The notes: a model not told the origin generated them from the letters alone. A stretch of DNA of 64,000 bases from an uncultured delta proteobacterium (GCA_963769935.1 CAVYNY010000013.1:352001-416000); one strand, 5' to 3'. Shown: positions 10,269 through 20,706, counted from the stretch's first letter. Program-made: numbers and translations.

Positions 10269-10593
10269 AATCGTCTAATCACCAATGGTAAAAACATCTA
10301 CCTGTAAATAATAGACTATTCTATACGATCCGGATAAAGTTTCTGCGTGGTTGGAGGGCAATAGTGTCGGTGATTTTTTCAAGTTGGAAAAGGTTCTGAA
10401 AGCAGGGGCAAGTTTGAGACAAGATGGTACCGCCGGATGTGGTGCCAGCGGATAAACAACAAGATGGATCGCGACGGACATTCAAAATAATATCTACGTA
10501 ACATCCCTGAACTGCTTTGAATTCCGATATCACCGGCACCTGTTTTGGAAAAGCAGGGCAAGTGGCATTAATCTCAGGAGGAAGTATCTGGCA

Positions 10594-10609
10594 TGGCACG
10601 CCTCTTGCT
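10594..10609 (+). promoter_or_regulatory. sigma54 -24/-12 promoter for the USP gene
   Basis: TGGCACG-CCTC-TTGCT is a perfect consensus match, 40 bp before the ATG; AAGGAGG RBS follows. Confidence 0.85.
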
Positions 10610-10649
10610 CTCCTATTGTAGGCAGAAACTCTGAGAAAGGAGGGCCAAG

Positions 10650-11088
10650 ATGTTTGAAAAAATTCTATACCCCACTGATTTTTCGGATGTGGCGCGGAAA
10701 AGCGTTGGCCTATATCAAAAGACTTAAAGACAGCGGCGCCAGAGAGGTGGTTGTTCTGCATGTGATGGATGAACGCGGCATCGAATCCGTGCGCCGATAT
10801 TTTGGACCCAATGAGTTTGAGAAGCTGAAAAAAAACAAAAAAGTTGAAACTGAAAAACTGCTGCAGGATATAGCAAAAGAATTAACCGAAGCAGGTTTGA
10901 AAGTAAAGCTGCGGGTCGAAACCGGGATTCCCGTCCGAGAGATCCTGAGGGTTGAGGCTGAAGAGGGCGTTTCGGCTGTGGTCATCGGCTCTCACGGGAT
11001 GAGCAACCTTCAGGAAATTTTCCTCGGTTCTGTTTCGGAGAAAGTTATCCGAAAAAGCAAAATGCCGGTTTTTGTCGTAAAAAGGTAA
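10650..11088 (+). CDS. Universal stress protein (one +1 frameshift near 10698-10701)
   Basis: ATG 10650 reads MFEKILYPTDFSDVARK. An extra A in AAAA shifts to ALAYIKRLK...VIGSHG...LGSVSEKVIRKSKMPVFVVK. Confidence 0.88.
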
Positions 11089-11134
11089 TTTTTGGGAAAT
11101 CGGCCACACTTGGATTTACTATCACGCCCACTTT

Positions 11135-11270
11135 CAGGCTTCGCTCTTCGAGCTACGACCCGACAAGCCGTTAGAGCTCGCAGAGACCGCGGTCCGCCGG
11201 AGGCGGATTTCTTTCGCCGCAGGCGGCTGTAATCCCAGACCTCTGTGACCTCTGAGCGCTCTGTGTGAGA
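11135..11270. repeat. REP-like hairpins and 9-mer tandem repeat between convergent genes
   Basis: GCTTCGCTCTTCGAGCTACG, TCCGCCGGAGGCGGA hairpin, CTCTGTGACCTCTGAGCGCTCTGTGTG (same unit family as 1523-1550). Confidence 0.55.
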
Positions 11271-11310
11271 TGTTGTTTTATATAAGATATCAGCCGGCGG
11301 CCGAAGATAT

Positions 11311-12953
11311 CTATTCGGACTTGGCTTTGCGCTGCAGCTCCAGCTTCTTTAACTCCCGGCGCATAATTTTGCCGGTGGCGGTCATGGGCAGTTCCTTGAC
11401 GAATTCGACTTCGCCGGGGGTATTCATGGGCGGCCAGCCGCGTCTTGACGAAGTTCTTGATATCTTCGGCCACATCCGGACCCGGCGTCACTTCCGCTTT
11501 GGGCACGATAAAGGCTTTGACAATTTCGGTGCGCACTGCGTCCGGGCTGCCGATCACCGCCACCATGGCCACGGCCGGATGTTTCATGAGGCAGTCTTCG
11601 ATTTCAGCCGGTCCGATGCGGTAGCCGGCACTGGTGATGACATCATCCTGGCGGCCGTTGAACCAGAAATAGCCGTCGCCGTCTTTTTTGGCCAGATCTC
11701 CGGTCAACAGCCAATCCCCGACAAATTTTTTGCGGGTGGCATCCGGGTTGTTCCAGTATTCCAGAAACATCACCGGATCGGGTCGCTTGACTGCAATTTC
11801 CCCGACGGTTCCCTGCGACACGGGGTTGCCCGCTTCATCAACGACATCAACCACATGGCCCGGGATGGCGCATCCCATGGACCCGGGCCTGGATTTCCAT
11901 GATTTCGGCACAGCAGCCCACGATGAGATTGCACTCGGTTTGGCCGTAGAATTCATTGATCGTCAGTCCCATCACTTCCCTGCCCCAGTCGAGCAGCTCT
12001 TCACCCAGGGTTTCACCACCGCTGCCGATACTGCGCATGGCGTAACTGTGGCGGTTTTGCGGATCTTTGACCTGGCGCATCAGCTTCAAGGCCGTCGGCG
12101 GCATAAAGGCGTTGCGAATGCCGTAGCGGGCGATCAGATGAAAGGCTTTTTCGGCGTCGAATTTCTTGGCCCGATAGGCCAGCACCGGAATGCCGTGATG
12201 CCAGCTGGGAAAAAGCACATCGATGAGTCCGCCGATCCAGGCCCAGTCCGCCGGGGTCCAGAAAAAATCGTCCTCGCGGGGAAAAAAATTATGAGGGAAC
12301 TCCACGCCCGGCAAATGCCCCAAAAGCGTGCGATGGGCATGCAGGGCGCCCTTGGGTGGTCCGGTGGTACCGGAGGTGTAAATAATAAGGGCCGGATCAT
12401 CGGCCTTCGTTTTTACCGGCGCGAAATCCGGCGACCCTTTCGCAAGCGTCTCCCGGAAATCCAGCACCTTCGCATGTCTTTCGCCGCCGGTCACCAGGAC
12501 GGTTTGAAGGTGCGGCAAATTCGGCCAGATTTCAAGGATCTTCGGCAAATTGGCCCCATCCGTAACAATGGCTCTGGCCTGGCTGTTTGTAAGGCGGTAC
12601 GCGAGGGCATCGGTGCCGAAAAGGGTAAACAGTGGAATGGAGATGGCACCGATTTTATAGGCGGCAATGTGGCTGAGGGCGGTTTCAGGGCCTTGCGGCA
12701 ACAGAATGCCGATCCGGTCGCCGATATCAAGACCGCAGGCTTTGAAGCCATTGGCCAGCCGGTTGGAAAGTCGTTTGAGTTCCCAGAACGTGTATTTTTC
12801 GACCAGTCCGTTTTCATCCTCGTAAATCAGGGCCAGGCGGTAGCGCTGCCCGGCCCATTTATCGCAGATATCCGCCCCGATATTGTAAAAGTCGGGAATC
12901 TCCCAGCGAAATGAATCGTACACCTCGGTGTAGTTTCGGCCGAATTTTAACAT
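11311..12953 (-). CDS. Acyl-CoA synthetase (AMP-forming), two +1 frameshifts as sequenced
   Basis: YTSGTTGPPKG, YGQTE, TGD, GRQDD, and C-terminal ELPMTATGKIMRRELK in a third frame ending TAG at 11311-11313. Shifts near 11891 and 11415. Confidence 0.88.
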
Positions 12954-13012
12954 AATCTTTCTCCTAATTAATCCGCCCTGTAAAACAGCTTATCCCGGGT
13001 TGCAGATTGTTT

Positions 13013-13951
13013 TTAACTGTCGTAGAGGATCTTAAGCATCTTGATAAGCTTTTCGTCCCGCCAGCGGCTCAGTTCCGCCGGTGATCGATCGCCTATTTCC
13101 TTCTTCAGGCCTTCCGTCAGCACTTCTTTGGTCTGAGGCGGCAGGGTGGTCCAGGAGGCCAGGCTTTCAAATACGGTTTTGACAGCCGGGCCGAAGTGAT
13201 CGATAAAGTGGTCCATCCCGCCTCGGCCCCCTCCCAGATGATAAATCAGGTGCGGGCCCATAATCGCCCAGCGCAGTCCCGGACCGGCGCACACGGCTTT
13301 GTCGACGTCTTCGACGCTGGCAATGCCCTGGACGACAAGGTCGACCGCTTCGCGCCACAATGCCTGTGCCAGCCGGTTGGCGATGTGGCCGGGGACCGCC
13401 TTTTTCAAAACGACCGGCACCTTGCCCAACGCCTCGTAAAAGCGTTTCATTGCGGAAATGCTGTCGTCATCCGTTGCTTCGCCAGGTACCAGCTCAACCA
13501 GCGGAATCAGGTGCGGCGGATTGAAGGGGTGGGCAACGAGACAGCGGCCGGGATGACGGGTGACTTTCTGGATCTCGGTCATGAGCAAGCCGGATGAGCT
13601 GCTCGCCAGAATCACATCGGGTCCGGTTTCAGCATCCAGCTCCCGAAACACCTGCTGTTTGACCTCATAATTTTCAGCCACACATTCCTGAACCAGCTGG
13701 ACGTCCGCCACGGCTTGCGCAAGCCCCTCGGTGGCAACTATCCTCGATTTGGACCCTTCGACCATCTCCGGGGCCAGGATCGCCAGTGCCCGGAGCTGCT
13801 CGATGATATCGCCGGCCTGCTGATGCCCCTGGCGACAAGTTTGGACATCGACATCATACATCTTTACCGGAAAGCCTTTGGCAGCATAGAAGGCCGCCCA
13901 GCTCGACCCGATCACCCCCGTCCCAATGATTGCTATGGCTTCGATTTTCAT
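13013..13951 (-). CDS. 3-hydroxyacyl-CoA dehydrogenase family (carnitine dehydrogenase / lambda-crystallin-like)
   Basis: GTGVIG, QECVAE, ASSSSG, AHPFNPPHLIPLVE, GHIANRL, GPGLRWA. Confidence 0.88.
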   Translation of the reverse strand: MKIEAIAIIGTGVIGSSWAAFYAAKGFPVKMYDVDVQTCRQGHQQAGDIIEQLRALAILAPEMVEGSKSRIVATEGLAQAVADVQLVQECVAENYEVKQQVFRELDAETGPDVILASSSSGLLMTEIQKVTRHPGRCLVAHPFNPPHLIPLVELVPGEATDDDSISAMKRFYEALGKVPVVLKKAVPGHIANRLAQALWREAVDLVVQGIASVEDVDKAVCAGPGLRWAIMGPHLIYHLGGGRGGMDHFIDHFGPAVKTVFESLASWTTLPPQTKEVLTEGLKKEIGDRSPAELSRWRDEKLIKMLKILYDS

Positions 13952-14158
13952 CTCTGATGGCTCCACAAATTAAACGATCCGTTTCATCTCAATCTATATT
14001 ATTTATTGGCCGCAATTTCATTTTCAGTATTTCATAGCATATCAATAAAATTTTTTACAAGAAATTGACAACATTTTTCTCGACATATCGCCTAGAAGCA
14101 TGTAATGAAATTTGTATCAAATAGTCTACACTCTGTAAGGTCGGTATAGGGGGAAGCC

Positions 14159-15586
14159 ATGCTTGAAACGTCCGATCACTTGAAAAAAAAGGACCTGCTG
14201 AAGCAGCTGGAAATGTACCGGCTGGTTTTTGACAGCATCCACAACGGCGCCATCGTCACGGATGCCGAGGGGTACATCACCCATTTTAACGAACCTTACG
14301 GGGAATTTCTCGGCGTAAACCCTTCGGAGCAGATCGGCAAACATTGCACCAAAGCCGTGGAAAACAGCCGCATGCACCTGGTGGCCAAAACCGGAATCCC
14401 CGAAATAAACCAATCCCACCGGATTATGGGACAGAACATGGTCGTCCAACGCATCCCGATTAAAAAAGACAACCGGGTCATCGCCGTATTCGGACAGGTG
14501 ATGTTTAAAGACGTCAAAGATGTCCGCAAGCTGGCGGCCGAGCTTTCGCTCCTGGAGTCGAAAGTAAAGCTTTACGAAGAGGAGCTGATCAATCTTCGAT
14601 CGACCCGTTATACCTTTCACAGCATTATTGGAAAAAGTGATGCCATCCGGTCACTCAAGCAGGAAGCGCTCAAAGCAGCCTCCAATCACTATTCGGTATT
14701 AATTTCAGGAGAGAGCGGAACCGGCAAGGAGCTATTCGCCCAGGCAATTCATCACGCCAGTGCGCGTAAACTCTACCCGTTTGTACGGATCAACTGTGCG
14801 GCGATTCCAAGAGATCTGCTGGAGTCCGAGCTTTTCGGATACGAAAAGGGCGCATTTACCGGTGCCAGATCCGAGGGCAAACCCGGCAAGTTTGAACTGG
14901 CCCACCAGGGCAGCGTATTTTTGGATGAAGTGGGGGACCTGCCGCTGGAGATGCAGCCCAAATTGCTGCGGGCCATTGAAGACAATGAATTTGAACGGGT
15001 GGGCGGCACTAAAATCATTCGATCAAATTTCCGGGTAATAGCGGCCACCAACCAGAATCTCGAAAAAATGCTGGCCGACGGTCTATTCCGCAAGGATCTC
15101 TTTTATCGTCTTAACGTGATTCCGCTGCACATCCCGCCCCTGCGGGAACGCAAAACCGACATTATTGCCATTGCCGAATACCTGCTCAAACAATTGACAG
15201 TGGAGGCGAATATACCGCAGATAAGACTGGATGAGCAGGCGCAGAAAGCGCTCGAAAATTACGAGTGGCAGGGAAATGTCCGTGAATTGTCCAACGTGCT
15301 TGAAAGGACGATGTCGGTGCTGGAAGGTGATACCATCCGGCTGGAGAATCTCCCGTTTTATCTGCATCGCACCAGCCGGCTTGAAGTGCCGGCCAGCCGT
15401 TCTTCCTTGAAGGATGTGCAGGCCCGGACGGAAAAAGAAGCCATCTGCTTTGCCCTCAAGGAAGCGAATAACAACAAAGCTCAGGCAGCCAAAATTCTCG
15501 GCATTCACCGCACGCTGCTCTATAAAAAAATGAATAAATACCACATCCCCCTTGATCTTCAGGCGCCGAAGATGGGCCTGCTTTAG
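14159..15586 (+). CDS. PAS-domain sigma54-dependent transcriptional activator (Fis-type HTH)
   Basis: N-terminal PAS, GESGTGKE, GAFTGA, FLDE, DLFYRLNV, GNVREL, AAKILGIHRTLLYKK. Confidence 0.93.
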   Translation: MLETSDHLKKKDLLKQLEMYRLVFDSIHNGAIVTDAEGYITHFNEPYGEFLGVNPSEQIGKHCTKAVENSRMHLVAKTGIPEINQSHRIMGQNMVVQRIPIKKDNRVIAVFGQVMFKDVKDVRKLAAELSLLESKVKLYEEELINLRSTRYTFHSIIGKSDAIRSLKQEALKAASNHYSVLISGESGTGKELFAQAIHHASARKLYPFVRINCAAIPRDLLESELFGYEKGAFTGARSEGKPGKFELAHQGSVFLDEVGDLPLEMQPKLLRAIEDNEFERVGGTKIIRSNFRVIAATNQNLEKMLADGLFRKDLFYRLNVIPLHIPPLRERKTDIIAIAEYLLKQLTVEANIPQIRLDEQAQKALENYEWQGNVRELSNVLERTMSVLEGDTIRLENLPFYLHRTSRLEVPASRSSLKDVQARTEKEAICFALKEANNNKAQAAKILGIHRTLLYKKMNKYHIPLDLQAPKMGLL

Positions 15587-15640
15587 CGGCGGCAACAGCA
15601 TATCGGCTAAATTTTTGTTGAAAACATAAGGAAAGCACCC

Positions 15641-17326
15641 ATGATCATAGGTTTGGATATCGGCGGCACGCACACCGATGTGGTCCTGCTGGACAAGGGC
15701 GGGCTTCTGCGGGAGATCAAGGTTCCCACCGATGCGACCGACCTGTTTCAATGCGTATTAGCGGGTTTATCGGCGATCACCGAGGACATTGACACTGCCG
15801 GGATAACCCGCATTGTCCTGAGCACCACCCTGGCCACCAATGCCATTGTTCAAAATCAACTCCCGCCGGTGGGGATGATTGTTTCCAGCGGCCCCGGCAT
15901 CGATCCTGAATTCTACCGCACAGGCTCCCACTATTTTACCGTCGCGGGTTCTATCGACCACCGGGGCCGGGAAATCGAACCCATCAATCCCGCTGAAATC
16001 AAATTCGCCGCCGAGCAGATGCAGAAAGACGGCATCCGCCAGGTCGGTGTCGTGGGAAAATTTTCCACCCGCAATCCTTCCCATGAACTGGCCATCAATT
16101 CGATCCTGCAGCCGTCTTTTGCAAAGGTTTTTATGGGCCACCGGACATCCGGCAATCTGAACTTCGGCCGCCGCATCGCGACCACGTATTTAAATGCCGC
16201 CGTGTACCCTTTGCACCAGGAGTTCTATCAGGCCGTGCAAAAATCCCTGGCCGCCAAAGGATTAAACCTGCCCCTGCGTCTTCTCAAGGCGGATGGCGGC
16301 AATATGAAATTTGAGTCTTCCATCGACTATCCGGCCCAGACGATTTTCTCCGGTCCGGCCGCCAGCGTGATGGGGGCGGTGGCCTTCGGCTCGGATAAAG
16401 AAGACACCCTGGTGATGGATATCGGAGGAACCACAACGGATCTGGCGGTTCTCATCGGCCGGGCGCCGGTTTTGAATCCGCTGGGGATAGAGCTGGCTTC
16501 CTACAAAACATTGATCCGTTCCCTTGAAACCCTTTCAATCGGACTGGGCGGCGACAGCGCGGTCAAACTTGCCGATGGAGCAATCTGCCTCGGCCCCGCG
16601 CGACGCGGACCGGCCATGGCCTACGGTGGGCCTTGTCCGACACCGACGGATGCGCTTTTCGTACTGGAGAATATCCCGGACGGCAGCCGCGAAAAGTCAA
16701 TTCAGGGCCTCAAGCCTCTGGCCGACCGGCTGGGACATTCTGTTGAATCTCTGGCTGCCGAAATCATGGATATCGCCTGCCAAAAAATATTCACAGCGAC
16801 CCGGCAATTGGTCCATCAGATCAACTCCAAACCGGTTTATACGGTCCATGAGCTTATGGAGGGCTATCAGGTGCGGCCAAAAAACGCTCTTGTACTGGGG
16901 GGGCCCGCGCCGTATTTTGCCAAGTATCTGGCAGCTATCTCGGAATACCGGGTCCGGGTGGTTCCCCGCTGGAAAGTGGCCAACGCCATCGGGGCGGCCC
17001 TGGCGAGAACCACCTGTGAAATCACCCTTTTCGCCGATACGGTGCGGCGAATGGCCGAGGCCCCGGAGGAAAATTTCAGACAGCGGATTGACTATTCGTT
17101 TGACAGGGAGGCCGCCGTCCAACAGGCCCTTGATCTGTTGAAGACCAAGGCCATTGCACGCGGCGCCAATATCGACTATCTGGAAATGGAGGTGGTTGAA
17201 AGCCTTGAGTTCAACATGGTGCGCGGCTTCAATACCACCGGCAAAAACATCCGGGTCAAAGCACAGGTCAAGCCGGGATTAATCCACGGATATGATGAGG
17301 CCATCCGAAAGTTATATGGGCCATGA
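15641..17326 (+). CDS. Hydantoinase/oxoprolinase family (A-type) protein
   Basis: GLDIGGTHTD, STTLATNA, SGPAAS, DIGGTTTD, GLGGDS, PTPTDA, ANAIGA. Confidence 0.88.
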   Translation: MIIGLDIGGTHTDVVLLDKGGLLREIKVPTDATDLFQCVLAGLSAITEDIDTAGITRIVLSTTLATNAIVQNQLPPVGMIVSSGPGIDPEFYRTGSHYFTVAGSIDHRGREIEPINPAEIKFAAEQMQKDGIRQVGVVGKFSTRNPSHELAINSILQPSFAKVFMGHRTSGNLNFGRRIATTYLNAAVYPLHQEFYQAVQKSLAAKGLNLPLRLLKADGGNMKFESSIDYPAQTIFSGPAASVMGAVAFGSDKEDTLVMDIGGTTTDLAVLIGRAPVLNPLGIELASYKTLIRSLETLSIGLGGDSAVKLADGAICLGPARRGPAMAYGGPCPTPTDALFVLENIPDGSREKSIQGLKPLADRLGHSVESLAAEIMDIACQKIFTATRQLVHQINSKPVYTVHELMEGYQVRPKNALVLGGPAPYFAKYLAAISEYRVRVVPRWKVANAIGAALARTTCEITLFADTVRRMAEAPEENFRQRIDYSFDREAAVQQALDLLKTKAIARGANIDYLEMEVVESLEFNMVRGFNTTGKNIRVKAQVKPGLIHGYDEAIRKLYGP

Positions 17327-17358
17327 AGCCAGGATATTCGGACACTAAGATGCAATCA

Positions 17359-17436
17359 ACGGAGTGTTGGAGTATTGGCCGGCGGTATTGAGGTCCATAT
17401 TTTATTACTCCAATACTCCATTACTCGAGCACTCCA
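17359..17436. repeat. Inverted 8-mer tandem repeat
   Basis: GGAGTGTTGGAGTATTGG ... TTACTCCAATACTCCATTACTCGAGCACTCCA. Confidence 0.75.
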
Positions 17437-17502
17437 AGACCGAGACTTTCAATGATTGCCGGCAAAATTAGAATTGCACCAGCTAGTTAAGAGGAACTGA
17501 CC

Positions 17503-18837
17503 ATGTTACACGCCAAGCACAAAACCGGACTCGTTTTTTTTCCGGCTTTCGACTGGGCCATCAGTCCCACCCATCCCGAAAGAGAAGAGCGGCTGCTCTA
17601 CACCCAGGATCAGATATTCGAAGAAGGGCTTTTTGATATCGAAGGCATTACGGAGCTCAAACCGGATCCGGTCCTTTTACAAGATATCCAGCGCGTTCAT
17701 TTCTGTGTGCCGGATGTGTGGCGGGTGACGACTGAATCACATTTTATCAGCGCCGGCGGGGCGAAGACCATCGGCATGGCGGTTCTCGACGGACAGATCG
17801 AAAAAGGTTTTGCCCTTGTCCGGCCGCCGGGGCATCACGCCATGCGCATCGTGCACGGCGCCAGGGGATTTTGCAATATCAACATTGAAGCCGTCATGAT
17901 CGAATACCTGCGCCGGGCTTATGCCATCCGCAAGGTAGCCATCGTGGATACGGATTGCCACCACGGCGACGGCACCCAGGACATCTACTGGCATGACCCG
18001 GACACGCTATTTATTTCGCTTCACCAGGACGGGCGGACCCTGTATCCCGGATCCGGCTTTCCAAATGAACTGGGCGGAATCAATGCGGTGGGCAAAACCC
18101 TGAATATTCCCCTGCCGCCGTACACATCCGACGAGGGATATTTATATGCCGTCGAGCACATTGTCATGCCGATTCTGGCCGAGTTTGAACCGGATATCAT
18201 CATCAACTCAGCCGGCCAGGATAACCATTATACGGATCCCATCACCAACATGAATTTCTCAGCCCAGGGATACGCCCGCATGACCGAGATCTTAAACCCC
18301 GATGTTGCCGTCCTGGAGGGTGGTTATTCCATCGAGGGTGCGCTGCCGTATGTCAACGTCGGAATCGTTCTTGCCATGGCCGGCGTCGACTTCAGCAAGG
18401 TAAAGGAACCCAATTACGATCCGGACAGGTTTCGGCAGACACCGGACGTGACCGATGGCATCGAAAAAATCGGTGAAACCGTCCTCACCATCTGGCAGCA
18501 AAGGGCCGGCATACGGGATCAGCTCATGCAAAAGACTGATCCCAGGCAGCGAACGCGCAACATTTTTTATGATACCGATGGAATCCGTGAATCTCAAAAC
18601 GAACAGATCCGGATCTGTCAGGATTGCGGCGGCGCGCTGCGCATTGAATCGTCCTCGGACCGCGGTTTCCACATCCTGGCCGTTCACATTCCCCGCAACG
18701 CCTGCGGCAACTGCCGGGAAACGGGCTATGAATGGTACGATCGGGCGGATACCGATCAATTTGATATGATTTTCCTGCAGGACCGACCCGAAGACCGCTA
18801 TCATGTGAAAGGCACAGGGCCGGATAGTAAAATTTAA
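17503..18837 (+). CDS. Histone deacetylase family amidohydrolase with C-terminal CxxC...CxxC extension
   Basis: RPPGHHA, GFC, DTDCHHGDG, GQD, EGGY; C-terminal CQDC and CGNC. Confidence 0.9.
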   Translation: MLHAKHKTGLVFFPAFDWAISPTHPEREERLLYTQDQIFEEGLFDIEGITELKPDPVLLQDIQRVHFCVPDVWRVTTESHFISAGGAKTIGMAVLDGQIEKGFALVRPPGHHAMRIVHGARGFCNINIEAVMIEYLRRAYAIRKVAIVDTDCHHGDGTQDIYWHDPDTLFISLHQDGRTLYPGSGFPNELGGINAVGKTLNIPLPPYTSDEGYLYAVEHIVMPILAEFEPDIIINSAGQDNHYTDPITNMNFSAQGYARMTEILNPDVAVLEGGYSIEGALPYVNVGIVLAMAGVDFSKVKEPNYDPDRFRQTPDVTDGIEKIGETVLTIWQQRAGIRDQLMQKTDPRQRTRNIFYDTDGIRESQNEQIRICQDCGGALRIESSSDRGFHILAVHIPRNACGNCRETGYEWYDRADTDQFDMIFLQDRPEDRYHVKGTGPDSKI

Positions 18838-18935
18838 CGGATATTTAACTGAAAAGAAGGCAATCCAGGCAGATAGCTTTCAATTTTACTTGCCTTAGGA
18901 TTGCTGAACCGATTGCCAAGACCGATGGAGTCCCG

Positions 18936-18981
18936 TTTGGAATTTTGTATTTTGATCATTGTTATTTGGAATTTGTTATTT
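18936..18981. repeat. Degenerate T-rich 7-mer tandem repeat
   Basis: TTTGGAATTTTGTATTTTGATCATTGTTATTTGGAATTTGTTATTT. Confidence 0.6.
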
Positions 18982-19012
18982 TTCGTCCCTGAATGCCGGT
19001 CCCAAGCCGCTT

Positions 19013-19933
19013 ATGAACAAGTATAGACAGACTGACATACGCCATAACCTCCTGTTGCGTTCTCAAATCATTAAGGCGGTTCGCAGCTTTTTTATGGATC
19101 GCGACTACCTGGAGGTCGAGACTCCCATTCGCATTCCCGCACCGGCACCCGAAGCGCATATCGACGCCGTCGCAAGCGGGGATTGGTTTCTGCAAACCTC
19201 ACCGGAACTGTGCATGAAACAACTGCTGGCCGCCGGATTTCCCCGCATTTTTCAAATCTGCAAGTGCTTCCGGCACCGGGAAAGAGGCCGCAAACACCTG
19301 CCTGAGCTCACTATGCTGGAGTGGTACCGTGCCGGCGGGAATTACCTCCATTTGATGGAAGACTGCGAAGAACTTCTCATTTTTATTGCCCACCAACTGG
19401 GCAGGAAGGGAAAACTCAGTTACCGCAATCGTCAAATCGAACTGGCAAGACCGTGGTTGCGCCTGTCGGTGGCAAATGCATTTCAGAAATATGGTTCGGT
19501 ATCCATGGATGAAGCCCTGGCCGCCGGCAGCTTTGATGAGGTAATGGCCTTTGAAATAGAGCCGCACCTGGGCGCTCCCGTCCCGGTATTCTTGTGTGAC
19601 TACCCGGCGCCGCAGGGCGCACTGGCCCGCCTAAAGCCGCGCGACTCGCAGCTGGCTGAACGATTCGAGTTGTATGTGGCAGGTCTTGAGCTATGCAACG
19701 GCTTCAGCGAGTTGACCGATACCGCCGAACAACGTCGGCGCTTTGAAAAAGAACAACATTTGCGCCGTTCCTTGAATAAAACGAATTACCCGATGCCGCA
19801 CCAGTTTTTAGCAGCACTCTCCGATATGTCCGAAGCCGCCGGCAATGCGTTGGGGATCGACCGTCTGGTGATGCTGTTTGCAGACGCCGATAAAATCGAC
19901 GATGTGGTTGCCTTCACGCCGGAGGAGCTTTGA
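19013..19933 (+). CDS. epmA: EF-P beta-lysylation protein EpmA (GenX/PoxA)
   Basis: LysRS catalytic core without anticodon domain: EVETP, LQTSPELCMKQLL, FR-E, MLEWY, ERFELY, ELCNGFSEL, GNALGIDRL. Confidence 0.92.
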   Translation: MNKYRQTDIRHNLLLRSQIIKAVRSFFMDRDYLEVETPIRIPAPAPEAHIDAVASGDWFLQTSPELCMKQLLAAGFPRIFQICKCFRHRERGRKHLPELTMLEWYRAGGNYLHLMEDCEELLIFIAHQLGRKGKLSYRNRQIELARPWLRLSVANAFQKYGSVSMDEALAAGSFDEVMAFEIEPHLGAPVPVFLCDYPAPQGALARLKPRDSQLAERFELYVAGLELCNGFSELTDTAEQRRRFEKEQHLRRSLNKTNYPMPHQFLAALSDMSEAAGNALGIDRLVMLFADADKIDDVVAFTPEEL

Positions 19934-20001
19934 CTGGCGGCTGGATGCTCGATACTGAAAGTAGAAAGAATCCCTCGTCTCGCGCCAGGGCGGGCTGAAA
20001 C

Positions 20002-20706
20002 CTAATTTTTCTCATCCTCCGGCTGTCCTCCGTTATCTGTCTTCTGTTCTCCGTCATCTGGCCTCTGTCCTCCGTCCTCTGTCGTCTGTCCTCCGTCTTC
20101 CGGCAGCTGGCCACCGTCACCTGCCTTCTGAATTATTCGCTCCAGCACCTTTATTTTGACTTTGTCTTTGGTGTCCGCCAGCTTGGCTTTCGGCCCGGCG
20201 AGTTTATCCTTGACGTCTTTCTGGTATTTGTCCACCGCTGCATAGGACAGATAATAGCTGATAACGGCTAAAGGCAAACCGATAATCGCGCCGCCCACCG
20301 TCATGGCCTCAAACGCCTGGGGCGCTTTTTGAAGCATGGCCTTGAGCGTACTCCAAGTGGGGCTCAACGGCATATTGAACACTGGATCCAGGCTCAAAAA
20401 TTTGGCACCGGTGATATAGGCAACGCCATAAATTATGGGGGCGGTCAGCGGATTTGAAATCCAGACACCGATGGCGGCTGAAAGTTTGCTCCACTTAAAG
20501 AGGGCCGCAATAAAGACGGCAATCGGCGTCTGCACGCCGATGGTCGGGGTCATTCCGACAAAAACACCCAGCGCAAAACCAAGGGCAACCTCCCTGGGTT
20601 CGCCCCTGATCTGTATAAATCTTTTATAGACCCTGCGAATAATGTCGAGCAGGCTTTCCTTCTGACCTTGCTTTATTTCTATTTTCCGATTCGACCTGTT
20701 GACCAA
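20002..20706 (-). CDS. DUF2062-domain membrane protein with repeat-derived C-terminal tail
   Basis: PREVALGFALGVFVGMTP and WISNPLT. TTG start after GGAG. Tail DGGQLPEDGGQTTEDGGQRPDDGEQ comes from a 7-mer repeat. Confidence 0.85.
   Translation of the reverse strand: MVNRSNRKIEIKQGQKESLLDIIRRVYKRFIQIRGEPREVALGFALGVFVGMTPTIGVQTPIAVFIAALFKWSKLSAAIGVWISNPLTAPIIYGVAYITGAKFLSLDPVFNMPLSPTWSTLKAMLQKAPQAFEAMTVGGAIIGLPLAVISYYLSYAAVDKYQKDVKDKLAGPKAKLADTKDKVKIKVLERIIQKAGDGGQLPEDGGQTTEDGGQRPDDGEQKTDNGGQPEDEKN
20013..20107 (-). repeat. Degenerate 7-mer tandem repeat (GACAGAG/GACGGAG)
   Basis: About 13 units; same family as the repeat at the lpdA 3' end. Confidence 0.8.

Noticed and set aside
10275..10761. 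Short minus-strand ORFs between the transporter and USP genes
   Set aside because: No motifs; they overlap promoters and the USP gene.
11688..12914. 408 aa plus-strand ORF
   Set aside because: Antisense shadow of the acyl-CoA synthetase; no motifs.
20013..20107. Tandem repeats as a CRISPR array
   Set aside because: Units are 7-9 bp with no unique spacers, and there are no cas genes.
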